DNA of 63,852 bases, counting the filler, from Perkinsus chesapeaki ATCC PRA-425 (taxonomy: Eukaryota; Protista; Perkinsozoa), in NCBI GenBank assembly GCA_013115145.1. It is 10 parts of 10 records of this genome, joined end to end, with 100 filler letters (N's around TTAATTAATTAA, not from the genome) between each part and the next. Parts side by side here need not be neighbours in the genome. Positions count along the whole stretch, not along the records: positions 11,226 to 16,597 come from JAAPAO010001167.1; positions 16,698 to 18,487 come from JAAPAO010001784.1; positions 18,588 to 28,798 come from JAAPAO010000899.1; 7 more parts are not named here. One strand, 5' to 3'. Under the pieces are notes generated by a model, which did no database searches, had not been told where the DNA came from, and saw only the letters and a program-made list of their open reading frames with translations. The translations under genes were made by a program, and so were the position numbers. Each line of letters starts with the position of its first letter. Position 1 is the stretch's first letter. Of this stretch, positions 13,553-24,299 are shown one piece after another.

Positions 13553-16302
13553 ATGTCGTCAACTAGAGAAGGTGAGCATGCTACTGGCACACTAGCGTTC
13601 AATGTGCTGGATACACTACACCGTAATGGATCGCTATCGAGGGATGAGATGGAATATTATAAAGTACAATATGAAAGGTTACACAAGGTGGTGTCGGATA
13701 GGTAGTAGTTGGAGGGGGGGTGGGTATTATTATGTATAGATATGGACTATAGTGATAGCAATTAATTAATATACAGAATAATATTTGGTATAGGACCTTG
13801 AGTTAAAGCTGGTATGAGAGTCAGAGCGGTAGAAGCGAGATGGTCTAGAAACACTTTTATCTTAATTAGTATTGAAGCCGTAACCTGATCACTTGAAACT
13901 TAACTTCATTAATATAAAAAAAGTTTTTTAATGTAAAATTTAAAATAGTGTTTTTTTGAAAAATACAACCTATACAACACTACTTGTCATTGTAGTATGT
14001 GATATTGATAATATAATAATATATAGTTCATCTTCTTAACGACAACTCTGATCTACTTGATCGAACATTAGTACTCATTTTTTCCAGCTACGAATCCGAG
14101 AAGGAGTTGTTAAAAAAAGCAAAGGAGTTGAATATTGACCTTACGAAGGAGATGATAAAGGTGAAAACTGAAATGGCGAGGGCAGTGATTGATGTACATT
14201 GTGAGAGACGACAGGCAAAGTCAATTCGATTTCTGACGTATTGCTGTCCTGTCAGGGGTCCATTGGACGCTATTAGGGTTGGCAATTTTATCAATATAAC
14301 TTTCTACGGATATTTCGTATTAAGTCTCAGTCTAAAATGGCGAGTCCGGTAGCGTAAGGTATCGGTAGAACTCAGAGCGTCTTTATTAATTTATGCCCTC
14401 AAGCTTATCGCCTGCGTATTGTTATATAATTCCTCTAATGAACTTAGTATACAGATATTCAGTTCGTTATAATATAAATGTTATAAAGGCTATTATCACG
14501 TAAAAACAACCACTATATCACAGAGCGCGTGCTCAGTTGCTCAGCAATAGTGAGCGTTCGGATACTCCAGTCCGGCGCAGAAGCACTTCTTCCGGTACTA
14601 CCATTATTACTGATTAGATAATAAATGTACAATGAATGGTGTAGTTAGTTCTTTCTAAGGACTTTTTCATCTCAGCTCTACCTCTGTGAGGTATTATTTG
14701 TATTATACTAATTATACTGTGATACATAGCATTCATTCCACACAGGTTGAGAAGGCAAGTGTGGAGCAGTCAGATGATGCTGCTGCAATAGCGGTTTTGA
14801 GGAATGCAGTGGGCAGGGTTACCGCTGAGCTACAGATGACGACTGAAAAGGAGGCAGTCTCTATGTTACAGGTACTAGAGGGAATATTATCGGGGGAAAA
14901 TATTGTGGGTTTTATTTGAAGCAATTATATGGACGATCATGCTTGGTGATCGTATTATTGGCAGCATCCTGGGCCGGTATGACTTCACAAAGATACGCCG
15001 TATCTGATACGGTCCTCTGGAATTGATAGGTAGGAAGTGGTAGAAGCTCCACTCCCTACGTACTAGGAATACCTTAACGGTCTATCTTAGAACGGAGATT
15101 TTCAATAGAAAAGATGTGCCAAGAGGGAGCATCCAACACATTCCTTTTGGGTCAAAGTCCTATGACTCCTTGGTAGCGTTATCTCCGATGTGCTTCGGCA
15201 GATTGCTACATTGCTGGAACTTATATTATAAGTTTAGGGCCATTTGTGTAGCGAAAAGTAGAGTGGTAAATAATTGTATGTTATTACTAATACTGAATTT
15301 GGATTGGTTTTTAGTAATATCTCTCTGTTAGAGCCAGGAGGCATCCAATGACCTTGTATCGGTCCAAGAGGAGATGGCTGAGCATGAGGCATATGAAAGG
15401 GGGTTGTTGGAGCCACAAGAGGACAGATTGAAAGCAGGTGAGAGCAGATGGAATAGTACTTGAGAAAGATGGATGATAGTGATTGTGGAATTAACTAAGA
15501 AGCTGGATAAAGCACGAGAAGAAAAGGATGCTATAATAAATGATATAAATAGGATAAATGATGTAATACTATTTTGGGATGGACGGTCGATTGGGATCGG
15601 GCACGCTGATGCAGCTGCAGACGCAGATAAGTTGCGTGCATGTTTTGTTGTTATTCCTTTCTAAATAGTCCCTTTCTTGCTCAAGGAACTTCACTTGGTG
15701 GGGGAGCATTGTGTGGTTTCGTTGGAGAGATTAGTACTTTGACGTTTTCCGGGGAAGGGGAGAGGATAAATGTTATTCTTTCTAATTTCTAAAGGTTTTT
15801 GGGTTTTTGTGACAAATGAGCGTGTATTTTTCATTGGCAAATGCTTTGCATTGAAATTTCACGGTGAGACTTGTAGAGTGATTAGCATTAGTAACTTGTT
15901 TACTTTCGACACGCATGGATCGCTACGACATAGTCATGGTCATGTCACGTTGTTATAAGGGGAGCAAGAAAAATTTTTACCCGAAATCGCGTGCGTTTTT
16001 CGAATACCAAAGCACGCCGTTTTCATTCTGAGATGTGTTGGAGAAGAAAAATCTTTCGAGTGCGCATTGGTATCTTTTTAGGAAGCATTGGATTTGCAAG
16101 AAAAAGTTCGGGATGAGAACGATGAACTGATGGAGGTTGAAGGGGACTTGCAGCGATTGCAGGTGAGATAGGGGAAAATAGAAAAATGTAAATTATGATT
16201 CAGAATGAGCCACAAAGAGTGGCAAGGGATGCTGAGAGAAACGCGGAGATGCTTGATAAAGTTAAAGAGGCCATTGGGGTGGAAAGGAAAGAGATTGATA
16301 AG
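13553..16302 (+). CDS. Coiled-coil flagellar protein, CCDC146/MBO2-like (N-terminal part; truncated by repeat and gap)
   Basis: In-phase splicing gives REAFNVLDTLHRNGSLSRDEMEYYKVQYERLHKVVSDSYESEKELLKKAKELNIDLTKEMIK, which resembles my recollection of the CCDC146/MBO2 N-terminus. Coiled-coil exons follow (ELTKKLDKAREEKDAI; EALDLQEKVRDENDELMEVEGDLQRLQ). Confidence 0.6.
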
Positions 16303-16392
16303 GTAAGTTATTAGTGTCTAGACTGCTACACTGCTACTTCTCTAGAGTCTAGAGAATGGTGTAATATGGAGATGTAAATAATTATTGTAATA

Positions 16393-16597
16393 TATTAGTA
16401 GTAATAATAAGTAGTTTATTAGTAGTAATAATAAGTAGTTTATTAGTAGTAATAATAAGTAGTTTATTAGTAGTAATAATAAGTAGTTTATTAGTAGTAA
16501 TAATAAGTAGTTTATTAGTAGTAATAATAAGTAGTTTATTAGTAGTAATAATAAGTAGTTTATTAGTAGTAATAATAAGTAGTTTATTAGTAGTAAT
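16393..16597. repeat. AT-rich minisatellite, 24-bp unit tattagtagtaataataagtagtt, about 8.5 copies, runs into gap
   Basis: Perfect tandem copies read directly from the sequence. Confidence 0.97.
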
Positions 16598-16700
16598 NNN
16601 NNNNNNNNNNNNNNNNNNNNNNNNNNNNNNNNNNNNNNNNNTTAATTAATTAANNNNNNNNNNNNNNNNNNNNNNNNNNNNNNNNNNNNNNNNNNNNCCC

Positions 16701-17460
16701 CCCCGAGCATCGGATTTGCGCTCTTAGACGCGTTCCAAGCACTGCGGGAAGGGAGCCTCTAGAAAGCGCTCCCAGACACATTCAAGGTACTTAGATTACC
16801 ATATAAACTGACCGACCCCCACTCACATGCGCCCAACATAACACACGAATTCAACACTGGTACTCAGTACTTGGAAAAGGTCGTTTTCCGAGCTCGGGTT
16901 AAATTTACGAATTAAAGTGCGTTCACAATCCCAAGTAAAAATCCGAGTACTCGGTCTCGGAGAAACGACCCGAGTGACCTTATTTTCCGATCAATGTCAT
17001 CATCGTCTGCGGCCGCACCTCCTCCAGAGCCAGTCTGAGCGCTCTTGTCACGCTTCGCAGTGAACCTCACATGTACGGAGCTCACTGCCAATATCGTAAG
17101 AGCTTGCGCTGCGCTTCGCAATTACATCTTTGTCAACAAAAAAAAGCAAGACGAGGATATTGACTCCGATGTCGAATACGATACGGAGTCGGAGTCCCCC
17201 GAGTCTGGGTGAAGTGCAGTGTTACCAGTAGGAATAGCAGTTCCGAGTAGCGTCAGTTTCCCGAGTTAAGTCCGGCACCGAGGTCAAGCACTTTAATTTC
17301 ATGTGAAATGCCTTTTACCGAGTCCTCGGAAGAGGAGCTCGGAGAAGTGGTGTTTCCGAGTTAGTTCACTTTAATTGAAGGCCACTCGGGAAAGGATGTG
17401 TCCGAGCTCGGAACTCGGGTCCGAGCACTCGGACTCGGAACTCGGAAGCCCATTTTACTT
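16701..17460. repeat. Non-coding region with dense dispersed CCGAG/CTCGG motifs (possible transposon terminal or LTR region)
   Basis: About 20 or more copies in both orientations within roughly 750 bp, often paired as CCGAG-N(0-2)-CTCGG; lies next to an integrase relic. Confidence 0.55.
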
Positions 17461-17949
17461 TAGTCGCCTCCAGGAGGCAACACAACAAGCTTGAGCCAAG
17501 ATTAGTACACAAGTTAGACCTCTCCTCTAGTACACGTAAGCCTCTAAAGTACTCAAAGCGGGGAACTATACCTTTCAGAAATCTACTTCGCGGATAATGC
17601 CACAAATTCGCGAATAAGCAAATCATTTTCGCCATTACGGACATCAAGTTCGCGGTAGGGATAGAATAGGAAGATCAATTTCAGAGATAAGGACAATCGA
17701 GCCTCAAGGCTTGTATAGTTCCAACTGTGTTTGCGTCAGTTGGTACACTATCGTTTTGCCTCGTTGCACGTAATACAGTATCATCTCCTACAACCTTGTT
17801 AGTAACAGTTATAACTGATGCATTTCGTATCAGTTATGCCTCGTTCAGTGCCATTTCGTACAGTTGAGGCTGGTTCAATTTCACATCCTACAACTGCCGT
17901 CCAGAGGATACTCGTGCACGTGGCCCTTTTCTTGATCAGGTAGAAGCTG

Positions 17950-18487
17950 AGCAGCTAGTGCCGGACGCTGAGCTAGCAAACCATTCAGCTAGAACGAGCC
18001 TCGTGATATGGAGTGGATTGACGTTTCTCGTGACACGAGCAATCATCCCGGATGGCGAAAGGTCACCATCGGTAGTGCTACAATTGTGGAGTATCTCGGG
18101 TATAAGAGAACTGTGAGAGTTTCCAGAGGATCTTCCTGAGTCTTCAGATTGAAAATACCTTCTAGGTACTTGAGAGGGGTTTCATCCATCTTACTGAGCT
18201 TGTGGACTGTACCAGAACCTTTATCACTTCATAAGGGCCGATCCATATACCCTGCTGCTTGAGGTTACCTTGCTTGTAGCGCGATACGAAGCCGCGGATC
18301 TTAAAGGAGATAGTCGGACCATGCTTGATGGGCCCTCCATCAACTGTACTCTTTGATCCTGGTTCTACCTTCAACTCCGGTCACTACCTGAGGTTCCTGG
18401 ACAACAACAACATTGTCTACGCCACACTACCACGTTGTTGCCAACACTGTGGAAGACTGTTTAAGAGATTTCATGGTGTGTTGCCAC
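17950..18487 (+). mobile_element. Degenerate LTR-retrotransposon integrase (rve core) fragment
   Basis: Plus-strand motifs in integrase order, with stops: WSGL, NCESFQR, LTELVDCTRTF, KEIVGPCLMGPPSTVLFDPGSTFNSGHYLRFLDNNNIVYATLPRCCQHCGRLFKRFHGVL (resembles G-P-x-x-x-SD-N-G-x-x-F-x-S...ER-x-H). Runs into a gap. Confidence 0.55.
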
Positions 18488-18659
18488 NNNNNNNNNNNNN
18501 NNNNNNNNNNNNNNNNNNNNNNNNNNNNNNNTTAATTAATTAANNNNNNNNNNNNNNNNNNNNNNNNNNNNNNNNNNNNNNNNNNNNCTTAGGATGATTT
18601 GCTGAGATTAGTAGCTTTAGCTTGGATTATCTGAAGTTGCATAGATTAGACCAATTATA

Positions 18660-19048
18660 CTCCGGAACCGGCTATCGCACAACTGATAGACAGACTCGAC
18701 CGTACAGAAAGCTTGATATCACCTATAGTAGTGGATGATGCTAAACGGGGTTGGACTGTTCCATGTGAGGATGTTAACAAGTTGGCTACTGTCCATTTCC
18801 AGATGCGCACTGCCCCCTCCTCCCCCCAGACACGGGAGATATTCTTGGAACCAGAGGACTACACTGCGTACTCGGACACTCAGGGCAATATATGCAGGAT
18901 ACTCTTTGGGGCTCTTGACCCGAAGATAAGTGGTACCGACACCAACTCTAACTACTGGATAATGGGCAAGCCATACTTCCGTACATACTATACGGAGATA
19001 TTTTATGATTGGAAATTTGGGTTCGCTCGGATGCCTGACGATATGTAG
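18660..19048 (+). pseudogene. C-terminal fragment of a pepsin-like aspartic protease paralog (frameshifted upstream)
   Basis: PEPAIAQLIDRLD..VDDAKRGWTVPCEDVNKL..LEPEDYTAYS..CRILFGA..YWIMGKPYFRTYYTE aligns by eye with the C-terminus of the 30260-32658 protein. Stops lie in frame upstream of about 18650. Confidence 0.75.
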
Positions 19049-20750
19049 CCCTCAATGACATCAAAACTATCAATGTCACCGATCAGTTTACCAACTTATG
19101 GTCGTTTACCTCTTTATTAAATGATTTGTCACTAGTAAAGGTCTCGAGACATGTAGGATAAAGGATGGCCGATTACTTGGTGTTTGAGTGTACTTGATGT
19201 ATGGTGTAAGGCTACCCTTTTGTTGCGCATGCGTGCTTGTGCACGAGTATTCATGCTCATCAGATCGATCTCGCTATGTTGTGACCGGAGGGCCCGTTGT
19301 TACGACGCTCTAAGTTATTAGGACGAGGATTAAGTTTATATAAGAGATCACGAGACCTTAATAGTTCTCCTTATGAGTCCATATGACACCTCAGAGTAGT
19401 GTTAGTTAACCAGGGGCGCCCGTTCATATTGAGTTCGGGTTAATAATAACCTTCAAGTCCACTGCTTCAGACGTAGGCTTTGTGCAACGCGTAGTGCAGC
19501 CCAACGTATAATGCTATGCATGAAGAGGTCCACTCGAGCCGCGCGCTTACTGTACTGCCACGGCCGTTTGATTGTTTGTAACCCCGCTGTTGCTGTGATA
19601 TACCCATGCCCACAGCCTCTTTGAGTCAGAACGTTGTTACATAAACACCGTGTTCTCCGCAAACGTGCATAGATAATACTCGAGGTAAACAAGGCTATCA
19701 CCAGAAGAACTCATTTCCTCGTTATGTCATGACGGTTATGATGGCAGAGAGTACGTTCAAGTCGTTTGGGCCTTCTCCCACCCAAGAACGAAACAGATCC
19801 TCTTCCTTAGCGCAGCCCTCTGCACTTGAAAATTTGGTTTCGCAGCGTTCGGTCCATGGACGGACCTACTGAGGTTTCCGTCTTGCAACCATACCTTCGT
19901 TTAAAGGCTACAGAGCGCACGGGTATGATGCATCAGGTGGGCTCTCTATGCGTCGACACAAAGTCTGCCGAGCGAAACTAATACGGGTTCCTTGTGCCAT
20001 TCCTCGATTCTTCAGTATCGCTAGCTGAGACTAGCAATAATCGTCGTAGCACAGGAGAGCTGAATTTCCCCGTTCGGGGATGCTGTCACTGTTGGATTAT
20101 GCCTAGCCACGGAGAGCGCAAATAATCATTGTGGGTTTATCATCCGTCATACTGTTTGCTGTCTCACTTAGTGGGTGGTGTAATTTGGAATAGTTACTAG
20201 CGGCAGATGCTTGAGACATAGTTGATTGAGTATCTATGCCTGAGGTGTCTGCTGGGGGAAGCAAGACTGTAAACCGGAGGCTCTAGCCGCACCATTGATG
20301 ACGTCATTGTATCCTATTTCTATAGTCCGGGTTAATCTGACCATCTTCCATGCGACGAGACTTAGCCAGTCCCACGACTGCTCCCCCCTGAGCCCCCCAG
20401 TGCTAACCACAAAACCGGAGTTCACAAACATTTGCTTCGGGGAGGCATCAGCTATTAGCCACTCATACCCGTTAAACGGCCACTCCCCTCAGATTCAGTT
20501 GAGCACTCTCTAATATAATTACGTTGTATCAGTTGCGCCAGGAGCCCTGGTGACTTCGCCAGGAGTCACCTCGCCTGGCGCCATTTGGCTCCACCAGTGC
20601 TCCTCACTCTCCAAATCGCTATCGCTGCATAGTCTCTAAAAGAACCCGAGGGCATCGAATGTGGCGAATCACCCACAGGATAGGCCTGGTTGTTAGCTGT
20701 CGTCTGGTGGATGATCAGCATCGCGTTAATATCCGTTGACTTGCCAATCT

Positions 20751-22336
20751 ATGACTATCGTTCTTCTCTGGCTCCATCTGGTGTCAGGCATATTTGTGGA
20801 TGATCTAAATTCCGTGAAGCTTGCCTTCGATGATCTCAAGTCTCGCAAAGGTACTCCACTACTTAATTACGGCGGTACTCTACTCAAGTTCACCGCCCGT
20901 TCAACCGCTAATTCTCACTGACAACTTATCAGGAATAGTATACACTGCTGATGAGGAGATTGAACACTTGAATCACTTCCAAGAGGATTTGTTGAAGATG
21001 CTTCCCGCCATCATGCAGAGCGTCGTCGATGAGATCAACTCGAAGCAAAACTCGTGGACAGCTTCGGTCGACCAGGAATAATTTAAAGGTAGCCTTGATC
21101 AGCAGTAGTACCATTTATGCTGTAGGGATTACCATTCGCGATGCCAAAAGGTTGTGCGGTACCATCACGGATAAGACAGAAACTCTTGAGCGAAAGGATT
21201 ACTCCGAGGAAGATCTACAGGGCTTGCCCGATAGCTTCGACGCTCGCGCTGGGTTCGCGGAATGTAAAGACGTTATTGGCCATGTCAGGTGATCAGAAGA
21301 CCCTCATCTTAGCAACTACTTCCTCCTTCTCAGAGACCAGTCGAAGTGCAATGGCTGTTGGGCATTCAGTGTCCTCCAAGCCTTCAACGACAGAGTCTGT
21401 ATCAAGTCGAACGGGAAGCATAAAGCGCTTTTATCCCCCGGGAATATGATTGCTTGCTGCGACAAGGCACATGGTTGTGCAAAGTTAGACGGCCCCACCC
21501 CCGAGCCAATGCACTTAATTGAGATGCGTAATGTCTGCATTAGGTCCTTCGGCTGCCACGAAGGATCGCCAAAAGATGCATGGAAGTGGCTCAACACAAC
21601 GGGAGTCGTCTCAGGTTAGACTCGGGTATATCAAAGATATGAAAAACAGTTTAATAGGTGGTGATTACGTAAAGGAAGATGAAACGACAGAAGCTGATGG
21701 GTGTTGGCCGTATAACTTCCCAAAGTGCGCTCACCATATCGTCAGTCTCAAGTACCCCGCGTGTGGAAAGGTTATGATGTGTTCACGTTACTGAGGTTAA
21801 CCTTTACATATCTAGGAGCCGCTTCCTACACCCAAGTGCGACAGGAGTTGCCCGAATAAGAAATACCCTACCCCGTCTGACAAGTAGTGAGAGTGACAAT
21901 TGTCCGGTGTTAACAAGAATCTGATACTTACAGGGATCGCTTTTATACCAGCGAATTGGATCCGGTGACCTTTGGCTCGGTGGACAGTATAAAGAAGGAA
22001 ATTATTACCAATGGCCCGGTAATCGAGAGCCGCTGGCTATGCCTGCTGGAATCGATAACATCTTACGGAACAGGTATCCGCGGTTGTCGTGGTGTATGAA
22101 GACTTCCTTGCCTATAAGTCTGGTGTCTACAAGCATACTTCTGGTGCCAGACTCGGGCCGAGTCACTCGGCAAACATAGCACGAAGATCATCGGTTGGGG
22201 TAACGAGAACGGTGAAGATTACTGGCTAGTTGTTAACTCGTGGAATGAAGAATGGGGTGACCATGGCCTATTTAAAATAGGGCTTACTGAATGTGGAATA
22301 ACCGATGTTGTCCGAGCTGGAAACCCCAGACTATAG
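20751..22336 (+). pseudogene. Cathepsin B-like cysteine protease, copy 1 (nonsense codon + frameshift)
   Basis: Signal peptide; propeptide (VDEINSKQNSWTAS); LPDSFDAR; RDQSKCNGCWAF; occluding-loop CAHH; IKKEIITNGP; YEDFLAYKSGVYKHTSG; HSTKIIGWG; YWLVVNSWNEEWG. In-frame TAA at 21079-21081 and a 14-nt insertion near 22157-22170. Confidence 0.9.
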
Positions 22337-22677
22337 CCGCAGCTACTAAACCAGTTAAGCTTGGGCTTAAGCCGTGGTTCACAAGTTGTGTCTATTCGAA
22401 CGAAATTATAACTTTGTGTCAGCTACGGAAGTTTAGTGAAAATCTGATCGTTACCGTCTTAGGCCGCACAACAGACTTTTTATCATGCAGAAATATGTTG
22501 AGTTCCTATTGCACGTTGAGCGTCATCATCTGCAGGCATGTAGCCCTTGAAATCTCTTGTCTCGAACAATATTACACTCTTCATAACGTGCGGTACCTTG
22601 TTCCGGGAACAGAGGGCTATATTGTCACTTGCCTCGCAGTCTGTGAATCACAAATAACACAACACTGTCGTTACGAA

Positions 22678-23880
22678 TCACCAGCACTCCATCCTGTCAG
22701 GAGGAGTTGCCATACGAAAAGCAGATACATGGTCAGCCACGGTCAGTATTCCATGCGCGATGTCCGGGGTGCCCTCGACGGCGTCATACAACTGTGTGAG
22801 ATTCCCTATTTTATTCGTCATCGGTATTGCTATAAAGTGAATGATGTACAGCGAGCTCAACTCGCCACTCCAACCATCAGGCGATATAAACTCATTAACA
22901 TCGTCTAAAGTCGAGTAAGGGGGGATGCCCTCACCAGTGTCCATGATGCTCGGTGGTTCAAACGAAACGTGAATAGTCGGTGTGTAATTGAGCAATGCGT
23001 TGACACCCCTTTGGTCTATCTCATAGCTGTGTAGATGCAGCCAGTTGAGGTACATCGTACTCCACTCCCCGGCTTTGGTCGATGCCACCATATAAAAGAT
23101 ACCCACGTTGATACAGTGACCATCGACATGAGTGGACCATAGCATTTGCGGCAAATCCTCTGGCAGGCGGCTCGGAGAGCCGTGGGTCGCCGGGGCGCTG
23201 AGATAGTCCATCATTCTGACAAGAGGATTTTGGATGAAGAAAGTGTCCAAGTCGAAATAGAAGGCGTCGAATCCCATATGAATAAGCATCTGGGCAACGG
23301 TGTAACGATGGATCTGGCTTTGGGAGTATGGGACTTCCCAGCAGACGAGCCCAGGCAGCAACTGAGAATGAAGATACTGTCGTATGACATTTATGTTTTT
23401 GCACGTGAATCGCGAAGAGTAGGCAAAAATTGCCGATGTATTGAATGGTCGTGGAGAGCTGCTGTCTGGATAAAGTGCATAACACCGTAAAAAATCCAAT
23501 GGAAAGCCTCACTTCTGCCATCATGGCTCGGCATGCTTTGTGGGCCGCCTCGCCGAGTGAAGCTACCAGGACCGCGGGAATGCCGATAATCGGGCCTGTC
23601 ACCCATCGGATGCTGCCTGAGAACAACTCTTCTGCAGTGGGTTAATGGCAGTACAGACATAATTGGCATACATCGTACGGGCCGTACGATCGTAATCTGT
23701 CTGTGGCATATACTGATGCGGTACGGTACGGCATGAGTATATGCCACAGACAGCACGGCCACCCGTGCTTCATGCATTCCTAAGATCACTAGCATTTCTC
23801 CTATATCCTCATAGCGGCGAAAGATGGATGCATCATCCATCGTTTGAGATGTACGATACATTCCACGGACCTTAGTCAAC
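22678..23880 (-). CDS. Nucleotide-diphospho-sugar transferase (GT77 / Nucleotid_trans-like)
   Basis: 273-aa exon with GFDAFYFDLDTFFIQNP (DxD), CINVGIFYMVAS and EIDQRGVNALL, the motif order expected for the GT77-like fold. 5' exons and start are uncertain. Confidence 0.7.
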
Positions 23881-24299
23881 CAGGAAAGTTGGGTACACTA
23901 TTTGCGGAGCGAGGGGAGCGTATGCTCTCATTTTGTCCGTGCGTGTGAACAAGATTTCAGCTGTATGTCTAGCATATCATTCCACAGCTTTTACAATGGG
24001 AACACTAGGAAAATACAAAAAGGTTCCTCATTATATTTTCAAGGTTTGACGGCGAAGAAGCGTTTTTCCGCAAGGAAATGACAGGCTTGGGGATCGAACT
24101 TGCGACCATCCAACAGATTCTACTGACGATTCACCGAGCTCCGTCCCTTCTCACGGAAGGGCTAGCCCAGCTGTCATAAACTCTATCATAAAATCTCTCT
24201 ACATGTGTCCCTCGTGAATTAGAAGTCGGGCCACCCACGTTCCAAGAGAGGTATCCAAGCAGTTCCATACACGGTCGTAAAAGGCACAACGCGCTCCCT

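Noticed and set aside
16393-16597. CRISPR-like array
   Set aside because: Direct tandem copies without unique spacers, no cas genes, eukaryotic context.
18162-18374. Minus-strand WIGPYEVIKVL as an integrase C-terminal motif
   Set aside because: It overlaps a plus-strand reading with several integrase motifs in the correct order; a single short antisense motif is more likely chance, though a nested opposite element cannot be excluded.
19400-20600. Possible degenerate non-LTR reverse transcriptase (IGYNDVI resembling YADD) and a hairpin at about 20536-20580
   Set aside because: Similarity rests on a few residues with many stops and no second motif; not supportable without a profile search.
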